From Lytechinus pictus (lineage: Eukaryota), in assembly GCF_037042905.1 (NCBI RefSeq), contig NC_087250.1, positions 25,360,001 through 25,424,000 of the forward strand: DNA of 64,000 nucleotides, read 5' to 3'. Positions 61,598 to 64,000 of this stretch are shown here, piece after piece. Below the pieces are notes generated by a model that worked only from the letters and a program-made list of their open reading frames with translations, did not search any database and had not been told where the DNA came from. Each line of letters opens with the position of its first letter. The stretch's first letter is position 1. Made by a program: the position numbers and the translations under genes.

Positions 61598-63379
61598 TTA
61601 TTAAATTCCTTGTTAGGCCAGCTGCATAATTGCCAGATTCTTGTTAAAAATCAAGCTTGAAAATTACAGGAAATTTCTATGATTTGGGGGGAATTTGTGA
61701 TTCAGTTTCTGGAAATTTGTGTTTGGAAACACTGCCCTGAGGACCAGTGTATCAGCATACAAAAAAAGTAAAACGAATAAAACAGAATTAGAGAATCGAT
61801 TATAAAGATTATCCCTAATTCTTAATAAAAAAAAAAACCTAGACATTATTTTTTTTCCAAATTAAAAAAAACGTAACATATCTCATAAATTTTTTAAATT
61901 TTCTTTTTGGTTTGCTTGCATTTATGAAATTACATTTTAATTACTTAAATCTTCCGGTAAACAAGAAAATATTTTTATCAACTATTAAAAAAAACCATTT
62001 TATTGTGTATATAATTTTAACTCACTCTCATAATCTGGCGATGAATTCGCGCAACTATTTTTCAAATATTGCTCCTTTTTGGCCAGCTCCGTTCTACCTC
62101 GAGAATGAGAGCTTAAATGTAAATGCTAGTTTTGGTAACGATATCAAAATGAGTTAGTACAGAATCCATCGAAATTACCACCAAAGTGTCTGTTTGTATA
62201 AATAAAACGTATGTGCCAAAGGATTCTGGAAGAAATTGTGTAATTGCGGAGAAATCAGCAAATAAGCACAGGATTCGGGTAGAGCGTCGGGCCCGACATT
62301 CAAAGCAATAATTATACACTGTCCCACGTGCGCTTATCTGTGTTAGGGATCTTCAGTCTGAACATTTTTCAGCGTAGATTTCAAGATTTCACAAAGTTAA
62401 GTTTATATAACTGTACCAGATCTAGACCCTCGATGATATACTGACAATTAAGCCTTGTTTTACAGACTTTCTCATGATATCAGTGTTTACTGCAAATACT
62501 GGAATTTCTCTTTAACAGACAATTACATTTTGACGGAAAAACAAGTGTCGGTTTGATATTCTACACGCCGCGCGCTGGCGTCCCGCATGAAGAAACTTGG
62601 GGTTATTATTTTGTCCGTGTTTGTTTTCGGAAGTTTTGAGTTCTACTTTGAATTTGAAATAATTTCTTGACTCATTGATTCATCTACGATTTAATCTTTC
62701 AATATATAAAAAAATAATAATCGAAAAACAATACCCTGGGTCCCTTTTGGCGGGAAGCCGACAACCTTATAAGTCTCAAATATCAATTCTAAACAGTCTG
62801 TTCTTTTAATGGATCACTCCACCATATCGAAAAGAATAATAATAATAATAATAAATAATACTTGAGTAATACCAATTCCTTTTGTCATGTTAAGCGAATA
62901 CAGTAGTGTTGTGATGTAGAGGGATTAACGTTTTTATGCTGTTTTTATTGTTTGCATTGCTTGAATTATTTTTGATCAGTATGAACGCATCGAGTTCCTT
63001 CAATATAAAGAGGTTTTGTTCAAATGAATAAATGAATGAATAAGTGGATAAATAATTGAAATTGAAATTGAAATTGAAATGGTTTATTAAGAAAACTTCA
63101 TCGCAGCCGAAGGCTGAATTGCGAAATTCTGTACAAGGTAAAATACAAAATATATACAATAACAGTGACTATAACACAATTACATGTAAAAGTAATAAAA
63201 TAAATGTTATATGTTGAAAGTTAAGAAGGGAGAAGAGTAGAATAATTCAATGAGATAGGTGTATTTCACCTGGCTTACAAGGAAATAAACGATATCATAA
63301 ATCTAATGATTGATTAAATAATTTCTGGTTGTACATGTATAAACATGGAATTAGCATATTAAACGTTTATACCAAGATG

Positions 63380-63590
63380 GGATAAATAGATAAATAAAAG
63401 TAATCAAATAAATATATAAATAAATAAAATAATCAAATTCATGAGAAAATGAATGAATAAATGAAATATAAATCTGTACATAAATAAATGAAAAAAATAA
63501 TTAACAATTTAATAAATGATTAACTAAATGAATGAATAAATAGATAATAAAATAATAATAAATAAATAAATAAATAAATAAATAAACAAA

Positions 63591-63661
<71 letters not shown>

Positions 63662-63672
63662 ATGAATAAATA

Positions 63673-63703
<31 letters not shown>

Positions 63704-63716
63704 AAATAAATAAATA
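63380..63716. repeat. (TAAA)n/(TCAA)n microsatellite
   Basis: Direct reading. Confidence 0.95.
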
Positions 63717-64000
63717 AGAACACTCCGACTGAAAATTCCATCAAAATCAAATGTAAAATAAGGCAATTATGCCATCTCTTAATTTGACAAAACATATAAT
63801 CTGCACGTTCTAATTGGTATGCAGGTTTCTCTAGGTTATGTGAGCGGCAACATTCAGATTTGGAATCAGTATCTTAGATTCTATTTCTGTTTCTAAATTG
63901 ACAAGAAACCATCAAGAAATGAATAAAAAACAAAGTTTGTTCCATTTTGTATGGGGTCTATCCTGGACTGATCGACAATAATGGGCAGCTTCATTGAACC

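Overview
AT-rich, repeat-dense eukaryotic genomic DNA. The repeat content suggests a marine invertebrate deuterostome, probably a sea urchin (inference). The only clear host gene is a five-coding-exon RPL12/uL11 gene on the minus strand (12792..5328, 165 aa) with a TCT/TOP start and an ATTAAA polyA signal. Its third intron carries a tandem array of copies of the 3' half of exon 3, each with its own 5' splice site. The rest is a transposon landscape: a full-length PIF/Harbinger element (open transposase, frameshifted MADF-like partner) nested inside two MITEs; a Tx1/L1-type endonuclease ORF lacking RT; a 4.4-kb TGT..ACA foldback element with a 5-bp TSD; an orphan spliced AT-hook/Cys4 gene behind a branched TAG-starting hairpin (possible AcademH-type end); many Kolobok/Harbinger/hAT/piggyBac/CACTA/Helentron-type non-autonomous elements; tRNA- and Deu-type SINEs; and a short TSD-flanked element whose head resembles the 7SL RNA Alu domain. 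Local segmental duplications supply empty sites for several insertions. Family assignments come from motif recognition by eye; no database search was run.
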